DNA of 64,000 nucleotides from contig CAYXFY010000001.1 of NCBI GenBank assembly GCA_964464395.1, positions 77,918 through 141,917 of the forward strand, read 5' to 3'. The translations under genes were made by a program, and so were the position numbers. The notes beneath the pieces are model-generated. The model ran no database searches. It had not been told where the DNA came from and worked only from the letters and a program-made list of their open reading frames with translations. Below, one piece after another: positions 1 through 8,129 of the stretch; position 1 is the stretch's first letter, and each line of letters starts with the position of its first letter. The DNA comes from an uncultured Nitrososphaera sp. Lineage in GTDB: Archaea > Thermoproteota > Nitrososphaeria > Nitrososphaerales > Nitrososphaeraceae.

Positions 1-86
1 AGCAGGCTGCGAGCGCCGGCACGCTTCCCCAGGGGCTTGCAAACTGCATGACTGCAGTAACGGCAGAGCGGATGTTCGTGGACTGC

Positions 87-2684
87 TCAACGCCCTGAGC
101 ATATCTTGCAGACAAGCTCGCGCTTTATGAGCCCCTTCTTCTGCGAGCAGTTGACGCACGCCTTTCTGTTGCAGCTGCTGCACGTGCCGCTGTGGTTTGC
201 GCACGCAAGCAGACCGCAGACCTCGCACTTGACGCTATGCCTGGCGCAGAACATGGAGCTGCAGATATAGCATTTTGCGCGGTGCTCGTTGCACGCCGGC
301 TCGAGGCACAGCTTGCAGTATGCAAGGTGCGTGCTGCAGAGCAGGTTGCCGCAGCTGCACGCGCTTCCATCGGGAAGTGGGACAGAGCAGGTTGAGCACC
401 TTCCCCACGTCCCCTTGCCCGACCAGGCGCTCCACCTGACGTCGCCTGTGTGCTCTTTCCCGTTGACTGTTATGGTGGCGCGGTAAAACGTCTCGACCAG
501 CCACCCCGCTATCTCAAAGCTTGACTTGCTCTTTACTTCTGCAAGCGCCTCGTGGAACCTCTCCTTTTCCTCGGCCTCGATCTCCCGGAGCCTTTCCACC
601 AGGGCCTGTCTGTCTGTGCGCAGCTGCTCTATCTTGCGCTTTGCGGTCTGGATCTTGTGCTTCTTGGTGTCTATCTTGTTGTCCGCGGCGATCAGGCGCG
701 ACTTTTTGGCCTTTTCCTTTTTCAGCTGCTTGCGCAGCTTTTCCTGCTGTTTTAGCGCGTCGGACTCTGTGTCCAGCGCCTCCAGCAGTTTTTCTATGCT
801 CTCGTCGATGTCTGCTATTTTGGTTCTTGGCCTTTCCGTCTTGGCTGCCAGGTGCTCCCTTCGGGCGTCTTCCATTATGACATCGAATTTTGCAAGGAGT
901 TCTTTTTTCATGGCGGCGGCCCTTTTTTCCAGCTCGCCCTTCCACCTGCCGGTCTCCAGGCGCACGTCGGCCGGCACCAGGCGCTGCGACGTGAGCTTGT
1001 GTGCCGGCAATTGCACCAGTGTGCCGTCAAATGCGGCAAGCTCGTCCAGCTTGTCAAGCGTCTGCTTGGCGTAAGATTTCTCAAACACCGACGCGCTGAC
1101 CTCGAACACCGGATGGAACGTTTCAGAGGGCCCGACGGATATTGCCCTTGCCTCCTTGACGTTGCTTCCAAGCCCGATGAACGTGGCTAGGGCTTCCGGC
1201 TGGAACTTTTTCTCAAGTGCCATGAATGCTTCGTGGGACTGCGGTATCGTCTGCTCCTGCTCCCTTGCGCGCGCCTTTTGCCTGACAGGCTCGGGTCGCT
1301 CCTCTGGCTCCGGCTCGTCGCCCTGCACGACTTCGGGCGCGCTTGTCGCCTGCGGCATTTCCTGCTTGAATTCTGCCATCAGCTCGGCAATCTCGCTGTT
1401 CTCAAGCGGCCCCCGGTGGTATGTGAGAGGCCAGCGGGACTTTATCACGCCCTGGAACCGGGGCTCAAATATGTTGCAGAAAAACTCGCCTGCCTGCAGC
1501 CGGCCTATCTCCCTCTCTGCCTGCGAGCCGAGCTCCAGCCCGACGCTCACGCGCTGTATGTCGCGCTGCGCGCCCAGCCTGCCGATAAAGCGCACGTTGG
1601 CGTTTGAAATGACTTTGTAATCCAAGTCGACGGCGTTCTGGCTTGCAAGCATCAGCCCCAGCCCGAACGCGCGGGCCTGCTTTATCAACAACAGCAATAA
1701 TTTCTTTGACGGCGGCTCCCTTACCGGCGGGCAGTAGCCGGCTATCTCGTCAAAGTACAGAAGGTAGCGCAGCGTCTGAGCGCTTCCCTGCTTTATCATC
1801 CACTGGAATAATTGTTGCAACGTCAGTTCGACGAAAAGGTGCTTTTCCTGCTCCGACTGGATGTTGCGCAGGTCAAGCACGTTTACCGAGGGCTCTTTGA
1901 ACATTTCAGAAAAGTTGAACGGCTCTGCAGCAGACCAAGAGCGGAGTTTTGGATCTGAAACTAGCAGGTTGAGCCTCGTCTTGAGCTTTATTTTGTCCTT
2001 GTCGGCAAGGACGTCTGAGACGTGGAGCGAGCCTATCATGCTCACCGGCGGGCTCTCTATCCTGCGCATGAGCTCCCTCACAGTCAGGCTCTGGCCGGCC
2101 TTCCAGGCGTTTTCAAGAAGCGCCGAGACGAACGTTATCTCACTTCGGTCAGACTCGCTGTAGCCGGCAAGCCTGAGAAGGCTGTATGACGTCAGGTCGA
2201 GCAGGTCTGCTGCAGACGACACGTCGCTTGCAAGCAGGCTGTTAAAGTCCTTTGGAGCGGCCAAGTCCGGCGATATCCCAACCGGAAGCCCTGCAGACGA
2301 CTTGGGCGTAAATATGCGCACCGGGACCTTTTCGAGTTTGGAAGGCGCGTCCGGCGGGACTGAGAACTCTTTCATCTTGTCGCCGTACAGCTTGCGCAGG
2401 CTGACTGCGTACTGCGCCCTATCTAGCCTGAGCGCGTCGGCCTCCTTTTCGGACCACTTTGAAAAATCGAAACTCGCAGACTTGAACGCCAGGTTGCCGA
2501 TGTCGCCCTTGGGGTCGATGGCAAAAGTCGGAATCCCTTGCAGCGCGGCCTCTTCCACTACCACCTTCGAGAGCACGGTTTTGCCCGAGCCGGTGGCGCC
2601 GAGGATTATCGCGTGCCGGGTGAGCGACGAGAGGTCGACCTCGAACTTTGAATCACCAAACCTGCCGACGTGCAGTTTTGCCAT
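87..2684 (-). CDS. HerA/FtsK-like (DUF87-type) P-loop ATPase with coiled-coil middle region and C-terminal tandem Cys/His zinc-knuckle array
   Basis: 865-aa ORF. Walker A GATGSGKT near the N-terminus, Walker B-like LLYFDEIAGY, ASQNAVDLD motif. K/E/R-rich coiled-coil-like segment around aa 590-720. The last ~100 aa carry repeated C-x2-C-x4-C-x2-H units. Confidence 0.8.
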   Translation of the reverse strand: MAKLHVGRFGDSKFEVDLSSLTRHAIILGATGSGKTVLSKVVVEEAALQGIPTFAIDPKGDIGNLAFKSASFDFSKWSEKEADALRLDRAQYAVSLRKLYGDKMKEFSVPPDAPSKLEKVPVRIFTPKSSAGLPVGISPDLAAPKDFNSLLASDVSSAADLLDLTSYSLLRLAGYSESDRSEITFVSALLENAWKAGQSLTVRELMRRIESPPVSMIGSLHVSDVLADKDKIKLKTRLNLLVSDPKLRSWSAAEPFNFSEMFKEPSVNVLDLRNIQSEQEKHLFVELTLQQLFQWMIKQGSAQTLRYLLYFDEIAGYCPPVREPPSKKLLLLLIKQARAFGLGLMLASQNAVDLDYKVISNANVRFIGRLGAQRDIQRVSVGLELGSQAEREIGRLQAGEFFCNIFEPRFQGVIKSRWPLTYHRGPLENSEIAELMAEFKQEMPQATSAPEVVQGDEPEPEERPEPVRQKARAREQEQTIPQSHEAFMALEKKFQPEALATFIGLGSNVKEARAISVGPSETFHPVFEVSASVFEKSYAKQTLDKLDELAAFDGTLVQLPAHKLTSQRLVPADVRLETGRWKGELEKRAAAMKKELLAKFDVIMEDARREHLAAKTERPRTKIADIDESIEKLLEALDTESDALKQQEKLRKQLKKEKAKKSRLIAADNKIDTKKHKIQTAKRKIEQLRTDRQALVERLREIEAEEKERFHEALAEVKSKSSFEIAGWLVETFYRATITVNGKEHTGDVRWSAWSGKGTWGRCSTCSVPLPDGSACSCGNLLCSTHLAYCKLCLEPACNEHRAKCYICSSMFCARHSVKCEVCGLLACANHSGTCSSCNRKACVNCSQKKGLIKRELVCKICSGR

Positions 2685-2708
2685 CCGCTTTTACGGTGAA
2701 GCTACGTC

Positions 2709-3371
2709 CTAAAAAGTGCTGTGGATTTTTCCCGGGCGATAGCGCAGTACAAGCTCCCCGGTCTTCTTGCGCTCGGCTTTGACGAGCTTTAGCCTGACCC
2801 CCCTTGAAACAAGGTCGAACCCGTCGCCTTCAACCAGCGTGGGCGCCAGCCTGCCTCCCGCTATCCTGGGCGCGACGGTGACTATCAGCTCGTCTGCTAG
2901 CCCCAGTTTCAGGACCGACCAGTTCAGCTCGCCCCCACCTTCGACCAGCACGCGCCTGATGCCCATCCTGGCAAGCACAGAAAAGAGCTTTTTGAGGTCT
3001 ACTGTCTCCTTGCCGGCGACTATGACTCCTGCGCCTGACTGCCTTATCTTGCCTATCGTGTCTTCTGCTGCCTGCGCCGTTACCGCTATTATTGTCCTGG
3101 TCTGAGAAGCCGTCTGCAGGAGCCGGGAATCAAGCGGTATGCGGCCACGGCTGTCGACGACTATTCTGGTGGGGTTCTTCCCCTTGACCAGCCTTGCCGT
3201 GAGCATCGGGTCGTCTGCAAGGACCGTCGATATCCCGACCATCACCGCGTCTGAGGCCGCGCGCATCCTGTGCACGCGCTTTAGGTCCTCCTTTGACGAT
3301 ATGGCCGAGTCGCCGGTCGCAGTCGCTATCTTGCCGTCAAGGGTCATGGCCGCGTTTATCGTGACTTTCAT
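2709..3371 (-). CDS. 2,5-diamino-6-ribosylamino-4(3H)-pyrimidinone 5'-phosphate reductase (RibD C-terminal-type, archaeal ArfC-like)
   Basis: 220 aa. MKVTINAAMTLDGKIATATGDS... is the typical RibD_C/DHFR-like reductase N-terminus. No deaminase domain. Last gene of the riboflavin cluster. Confidence 0.85.
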   Translation of the reverse strand: MKVTINAAMTLDGKIATATGDSAISSKEDLKRVHRMRAASDAVMVGISTVLADDPMLTARLVKGKNPTRIVVDSRGRIPLDSRLLQTASQTRTIIAVTAQAAEDTIGKIRQSGAGVIVAGKETVDLKKLFSVLARMGIRRVLVEGGGELNWSVLKLGLADELIVTVAPRIAGGRLAPTLVEGDGFDLVSRGVRLKLVKAERKKTGELVLRYRPGKIHSTF

Positions 3372-4543
3372 GAAAGGACCCCCAGAAAGCGCCCGGCCGA
3401 CATTACCGCGGCTATCGAGTCCCTGCTTGCCCTGTGCACTATGGCTGCATATGGGTCGTGCACAGGATAGAGGTCTGCATGGCGCTTGTCAAGAAATATC
3501 AGATCCGCGCTCCTGCCCGGCTCTATGCAGCCGGCATTGAGTCCCAGCATCTGCGCGCCATTTACAGTCGCCATCTTGACAAGCTCGCGGGGCTCGATGA
3601 ATTGGCCCCGGGCGTGCGACGCCTTCCAGAGGTAGTCAAGCTCGCGGAACATGTCAGGTGAGTTGAGCATCACGTTGTCGGTGCCTATCGCCACCCTGCA
3701 GCCCCGCCTCAGCATCTCTGAAACCCGCGGGAGACCTGCTCCGAGCACGCCGTTTGCGCGCGGGCACACGACTATGCCCGACTTTGACGCAAGGGTCATC
3801 TCGTCGTCGGTAGCCTGGGTCATGTGCACGATTATGTCCGGCTGCAGGTGTTTCACTATCCTCTCGACCTCGCGCCTGCCGGTGTTTTTCAGCGAAAACT
3901 CGACGGTCTCGCTCGACTCGGCCGCGTGTATCGCAACTATCTTGTCGCCCGCCGCCTGCCTGTACTGCGCAAGCGCTGCGTCTGAATTCTCGTTTGCGCC
4001 GCTTATCCCGAGTCCGTCGGAGATGGCAAGCACTTCTCTTGCGGCGGCAAGCTCGCTCTCCGACAGCCCCTCGCCTGCCGGGCCGCCGTAGTGGTCCACC
4101 CTGCCCAGTGCTACGCACCTTATCGGCAGTCCAGAAACGGCGTCGCGCAAGAGCCGGACGCCTTCAGGTCCGCCCTCGCGAAAGTCCGCAAACGCGGTTA
4201 TCCCGCTCTTTAGCATGGAGACGGCCGTGCTTCTCACCAGAGCCTTGATGTGCCCGGGCCTGCTCCCTTCCAGAATCCTTTTCTTGGCGCCGAACACCGG
4301 ATGGACGCGGTCGTCAAGCCTCCTGCCCGCGGCGATGTCCTTGCCTATCGAGTCTGCCATGTGCGTGTGCGCGTTCACGAACGCCGGCATGACGAGAAAG
4401 CCGCCTGCGTCAAACTTCTTGCGCGCTGCAGAATTCCCGGCGCCGGCGGCCTTTATCGTGCCGTCCTGTATCTCGATGTAGCCGCGCTCAACGTGCTCTA
4501 GGCCGGGTCCAAGCAGAATGCTCGCGTTTTCTATTGCTAGCAT
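3368..4543 (-). CDS. Amidohydrolase-superfamily protein (chlorohydrolase/MtaD/SsnA-like), substrate unknown
   Basis: 391 aa. HxH metal motif FVNAHTHMADS. Start and stop overlap the neighbouring riboflavin genes by 7 and 4 nt. Confidence 0.8.
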   Translation of the reverse strand: MLAIENASILLGPGLEHVERGYIEIQDGTIKAAGAGNSAARKKFDAGGFLVMPAFVNAHTHMADSIGKDIAAGRRLDDRVHPVFGAKKRILEGSRPGHIKALVRSTAVSMLKSGITAFADFREGGPEGVRLLRDAVSGLPIRCVALGRVDHYGGPAGEGLSESELAAAREVLAISDGLGISGANENSDAALAQYRQAAGDKIVAIHAAESSETVEFSLKNTGRREVERIVKHLQPDIIVHMTQATDDEMTLASKSGIVVCPRANGVLGAGLPRVSEMLRRGCRVAIGTDNVMLNSPDMFRELDYLWKASHARGQFIEPRELVKMATVNGAQMLGLNAGCIEPGRSADLIFLDKRHADLYPVHDPYAAIVHRASRDSIAAVMSAGRFLGVLS

Positions 4544-5286
4544 CGTATTTCGTAGATTGTCTGTATCTTGCCCTCGTCGCGCAGGTCGCGAATGGTGTCA
4601 AGCGCTTTTGTCGCGGCCTCAGCCGCGCGCCTGCCTGTCCTGCCTATGCCGATGCCGCAGTTCAGCTTTACCTCGAGTCCTGCGGTCACCTTCCTTATTG
4701 CCTCGTCGGCCTGCGCGCCGGTCACGCGATTTGATATTACCATAAAGTTGTCGCCTCCAAGGAAGAATGTGAGCGCGCCCTTCTTCAAGAACTCGTCGGC
4801 AAGGCCGCTGTACACTTTCATGACAAGCGCCGTGACCTCGTATGGCGACAGCCTGCCCGACAGCTTGGTGGAGCTGTCCACGTCGATGTGCATCACCTGC
4901 GCTGACAGGTCGCCGGTTGCAGCGGATCCGAGTATCCGCGCCGGCTCGTCTGCAAAGCTGTTTTCCTGTCTTGCGCTGTACGCGGCCATGCTTGCTGCAA
5001 GCGCGGTGTCGCCAGAACCGATGGCCATTGACATCTTTAGGTCCTTGTACAGGCCTGCAAGCTCGCGCTGGATTGTGACGTGGTCCTTGACCGAGAGGCC
5101 GTTTGTGATTGCAAAATACTCGTCAAAGCGGTTAAAGTAGACGAGGCAGTCTTTTTCCGAGAATAACCTCTGCACGTCGTGGTATATCTTGGCCTGCAGC
5201 ATCTGGAGCTGCGCCTCACGGTCGTAGCCGAGCGTGAGCGTCCAGGGGCCGTATCCTTCTATCCTGATTATTGTAAGCTGTATCAT
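4537..5286 (-). CDS. arfA: GTP cyclohydrolase III (archaeal, FAPy-forming)
   Basis: 249 aa. N-terminus MIQLTIIRIEGYGPWTLTLGYDRE resembles the MJ0145-type GTP cyclohydrolase III signature. Lies in the riboflavin operon. Confidence 0.85.
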   Translation of the reverse strand: MIQLTIIRIEGYGPWTLTLGYDREAQLQMLQAKIYHDVQRLFSEKDCLVYFNRFDEYFAITNGLSVKDHVTIQRELAGLYKDLKMSMAIGSGDTALAASMAAYSARQENSFADEPARILGSAATGDLSAQVMHIDVDSSTKLSGRLSPYEVTALVMKVYSGLADEFLKKGALTFFLGGDNFMVISNRVTGAQADEAIRKVTAGLEVKLNCGIGIGRTGRRAAEAATKALDTIRDLRDEGKIQTIYEIRC

Positions 5287-5729
5287 CTTATCACCACTGT
5301 TCCCCTTGCTGCCGTTTTTTCTAGCTTTGCAAGCCTGGCGGCCATGTTTGCCGCGGCGTTGACTGCGCGTATCGGGACCTCGTCTGCGCGCGCTTTGGCC
5401 TGCTCGTCGGTCATCCCCGGACCGGTGATCCCAAGCGCGACCGGCTTTCCGTGCTTTAGCGACAGATCGGCAATGAGCCTCGCAGCGTTCTCGGATACGA
5501 TGTCGTCGTGGCGAGTGTCGCCCTTGATGACTGCGCCTATTGTCACCACCGCGTCGACTGTTCGCTTCTTCAATAATCGTTCCACGGCAAGCGGCATGTC
5601 GTAGACGCCTGGCACGTAAAAGACGTACGAAACGCCCGCGCCGATCTTTTCCGTTTGCTTTTTGGCGCTTTCAAGCATCCGGAGCGTCACCTCGCTGTTG
5701 AATTCTGAAACCACGATTGCCAGCCTCAT
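5283..5729 (-). CDS. ribH: 6,7-dimethyl-8-ribityllumazine synthase
   Basis: 148 aa. MRLAIVVSEFNSEVT... lumazine synthase pattern. 4-nt overlaps with both neighbours. Confidence 0.9.
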   Translation of the reverse strand: MRLAIVVSEFNSEVTLRMLESAKKQTEKIGAGVSYVFYVPGVYDMPLAVERLLKKRTVDAVVTIGAVIKGDTRHDDIVSENAARLIADLSLKHGKPVALGITGPGMTDEQAKARADEVPIRAVNAAANMAARLAKLEKTAARGTVVIR

Positions 5730-6412
5730 GCTACCTTGGCCTTCTGGTGCGCTTCCTTAAGTTCGCTTGCCTCAACAAGCGGTATTCCAAACCTGGCCGC
5801 GTAGTCGCGAGCCTTTTCTATTGACAACGCTTTGTGCGTCTGGCCGTCCATCATCTCGCAGATCGCCACCGCCGGAGTTATCCCGGCAAGCTTTGTGAGG
5901 TAGACGCACAGCTCTGTATGGCCGCTGCGCTCGGCAAGCAGGCGCCTTGACGCGATGAGTATCGGCACGTGGCCGGGCGCGCGAAAGTCCTTTGCGAATT
6001 CTTCTACGCCGCCGTTTTCGATGTTTCTGCACACCTGCGCCATGCGCGATATGGTAAGCGCCCTGTCGCTGTCAGTGATGCCCGTGTATGTCTGCCTGTG
6101 GTTTACTGAAATGGAAAACGAAGGCTTGTCGCCGTAGGCTGCTTTTCCTTCTGCCAGCTTCAAATAGAGCGGGTTTACCCTGCCCATGTCTGCTATCATG
6201 TCGTGCATGTATACCAGGCCCAGCTTGGCGGTAATTTCATTGGCTATTGCAAGGCACAAGAGTCCGCCGGCGTCCTGCCGCATCGCCGCTACGTGGGCTG
6301 GCATGACGTGCTCGGCGGCTATTACCATGTCTATCTCGTTCTCCCGGCCCTCGTCGTCGTGGACCAGTACGAACCTACCTGATTTGAGCGCTGATATCGC
6401 GTCGGCTAGCAA
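5726..6412 (-). CDS. ribB: 3,4-dihydroxy-2-butanone 4-phosphate synthase
   Basis: 228 aa. GRENEIDMVIAAEHV and GHTELCV motifs typical of DHBP synthase. Confidence 0.9.
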   Translation of the reverse strand: MLADAISALKSGRFVLVHDDEGRENEIDMVIAAEHVMPAHVAAMRQDAGGLLCLAIANEITAKLGLVYMHDMIADMGRVNPLYLKLAEGKAAYGDKPSFSISVNHRQTYTGITDSDRALTISRMAQVCRNIENGGVEEFAKDFRAPGHVPILIASRRLLAERSGHTELCVYLTKLAGITPAVAICEMMDGQTHKALSIEKARDYAARFGIPLVEASELKEAHQKAKVA

Positions 6413-6472
6413 CAGTGGTGCCTCGGCGCGATTGCTATTAAAAGGTTACTAGAAAGCTGGTAACTACCAGCA

Positions 6473-7075
6473 TTATGGTAGGCGCTTTGCGACGTACTTG
6501 CTCAGGACATCCGTCTCGATGTTCACCCTGTCGCCCTGCCTCTTGGAACCAAGCGAAGTTATCTCCAGCGTGTGCGGTATCAGCGACACGGAGAATTTCT
6601 CGCCGTCAACGTCTACGACTGTCAGGCTTATGCCGTCTACTGCGACCGAGCCTTTCGGGACGAGCGCGCTTGCCAGTGATTTATCATCAAGCGCAAACCA
6701 CATCGTAGTTTCGGATTGCTTCTCTATCCTGTCGATTATGGTCGCCGTGCCATCGACGTGGCCCAGCACAAAGTGCCCTTCCAGCCTGTCGCCGACCTTC
6801 ATGCTTCTTTCGATGTTCACCATGTCGCCTAGCTTTACCGATCCAAGCGACGTGCGCCGCATGGTCTCTGCGACCATCTCAAACTGCGCCTCGCCCTTTG
6901 CCAGACTTGTCACCGTCAGGCATGCGCCGTTTATGCAGACGCTGTCGCCTTTCTTCAGGCCCTTGGCCATCCTGCCAAGTTTTACGCGAATCACAGTGTC
7001 GGCGCCCTTTTTCGCTTTGGCTACCGACCTGACAACCCCGAGCCCCTCGACTATGCCGGTGAACATGCGCAGCAA
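6473..7075 (-). CDS. ribE: Riboflavin synthase alpha chain (bacterial/eukaryotic type)
   Basis: MFTGIVEG... N-terminus and two lumazine-binding repeats. The likely true start is the Met at 7066. Confidence 0.9.
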   Translation of the reverse strand: MLRMFTGIVEGLGVVRSVAKAKKGADTVIRVKLGRMAKGLKKGDSVCINGACLTVTSLAKGEAQFEMVAETMRRTSLGSVKLGDMVNIERSMKVGDRLEGHFVLGHVDGTATIIDRIEKQSETTMWFALDDKSLASALVPKGSVAVDGISLTVVDVDGEKFSVSLIPHTLEITSLGSKRQGDRVNIETDVLSKYVAKRLP

Positions 7076-7130
7076 CCGATCGCATTCATGGGGATAAAAG
7101 GATTATTTGCGCCGGCTCCGATGAAAGGGT

Positions 7131-8087
7131 GTGGGCACCGCTGTCTTTTTCGGCGACGAGCTTGCGCGCTACGGGTTTGGTGGCTCGCACCCGTTTGGCA
7201 CTGACAGGATCTACGCGTTCTGGAAGAGGCTTCAGGCAGAGGATGTTGCAAATATCATAGTGGAGCAGCCCGATATAACGACCGAGGAAACGTTGTTGTC
7301 GTTCCACGACAGGGACTATGTCGAGCTTGTAAAGATGGCGTCAAAGCAGTGCAGGAGCATACCGCTCGACAGGGGTGGCACGCCGTCTTTTCGCGGCATA
7401 TTCGAGGCGACACTCTACGTCGTCGGCTCCACTCTTGCTGCAGTTGACATGGTCATGAAAGGAACCGACAGAATTGGCCGCAAAATAGAGAACGCTTTCG
7501 TGCCCATTGCCGGCCTGCACCACGCCCGCAGGGACTCGGCCGGCGGCTTTTGCGTGTTCAATGACGTCGGAGTCGCGGTGATACAGGCGCGCAAGAAATA
7601 CGGCATAAAGAGGATAGCGTACGTCGACATCGACGCGCACCACGGCGACGGCGTGTTCTACGAGTTTGTAAGCGATCCGTTGCTGTTCTTTGCAGACATA
7701 CACGAGGACGGCCGGTATCTGTATCCCGGCACAGGGTCTGCCGACGAGACAGGCCTTGGTGAGGCAAAGGGGACAAAGGTGAACATACCGCTCTTGCCGG
7801 AGGCCGGCGACGGCGAGTTCTTTGACGCGTTTACCAAGGTAGAGGAGTTTATCGACGCATCGAGGCCGGAACTGATATTCCTGAACTGCGGCGCCGATAG
7901 CTTGGTAGGCGACCCGATAACGGACCTGCGGTATTCCGCGCAGGCGCACGCGCACGCGGCAAGGGCGCTGCGCAAAATAGCAGATAAGCACTGCAGCGGC
8001 AGGCTGGTGGCGGTCGGTGGCGGCGGCTACAACCGCACAAACATCGGAAACGCCTGGACAGAGGTCGTAAGAGCGCTTGCCGGCTGA
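7131..8087 (+). CDS. Histone deacetylase-family protein (AcuC/acetylpolyamine amidohydrolase-like)
   Basis: 318 aa. HHARRDSAGGFCVFNDV and DIDAHHGDG zinc/active-site motifs. Confidence 0.85.
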   Translation: MGTAVFFGDELARYGFGGSHPFGTDRIYAFWKRLQAEDVANIIVEQPDITTEETLLSFHDRDYVELVKMASKQCRSIPLDRGGTPSFRGIFEATLYVVGSTLAAVDMVMKGTDRIGRKIENAFVPIAGLHHARRDSAGGFCVFNDVGVAVIQARKKYGIKRIAYVDIDAHHGDGVFYEFVSDPLLFFADIHEDGRYLYPGTGSADETGLGEAKGTKVNIPLLPEAGDGEFFDAFTKVEEFIDASRPELIFLNCGADSLVGDPITDLRYSAQAHAHAARALRKIADKHCSGRLVAVGGGGYNRTNIGNAWTEVVRALAG

Positions 8088-8129
8088 GCGATATACTATT
8101 ATGGACTTGGCCTTGAAACTTTCATTATC

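Noticed and set aside
87-2684. Calling the HerA-like ATPase an anti-phage defence system.
   Set aside because: Only one gene is visible, its neighbours upstream are riboflavin biosynthesis genes, and the downstream partner is cut off by the window edge. No nuclease, SIR2 or other effector is seen, so the defence label would be speculation.
125-2712. Many 60-180-aa ORFs on both strands inside the HerA-like gene (for example 514-945, 526-1074, 1156-1620, 2302-2712).
   Set aside because: They are Arg/Ala/Ser-rich shadow ORFs typical of GC-rich coding DNA. They lie wholly within a long ORF that has clear motifs, and no independent motif supports them.
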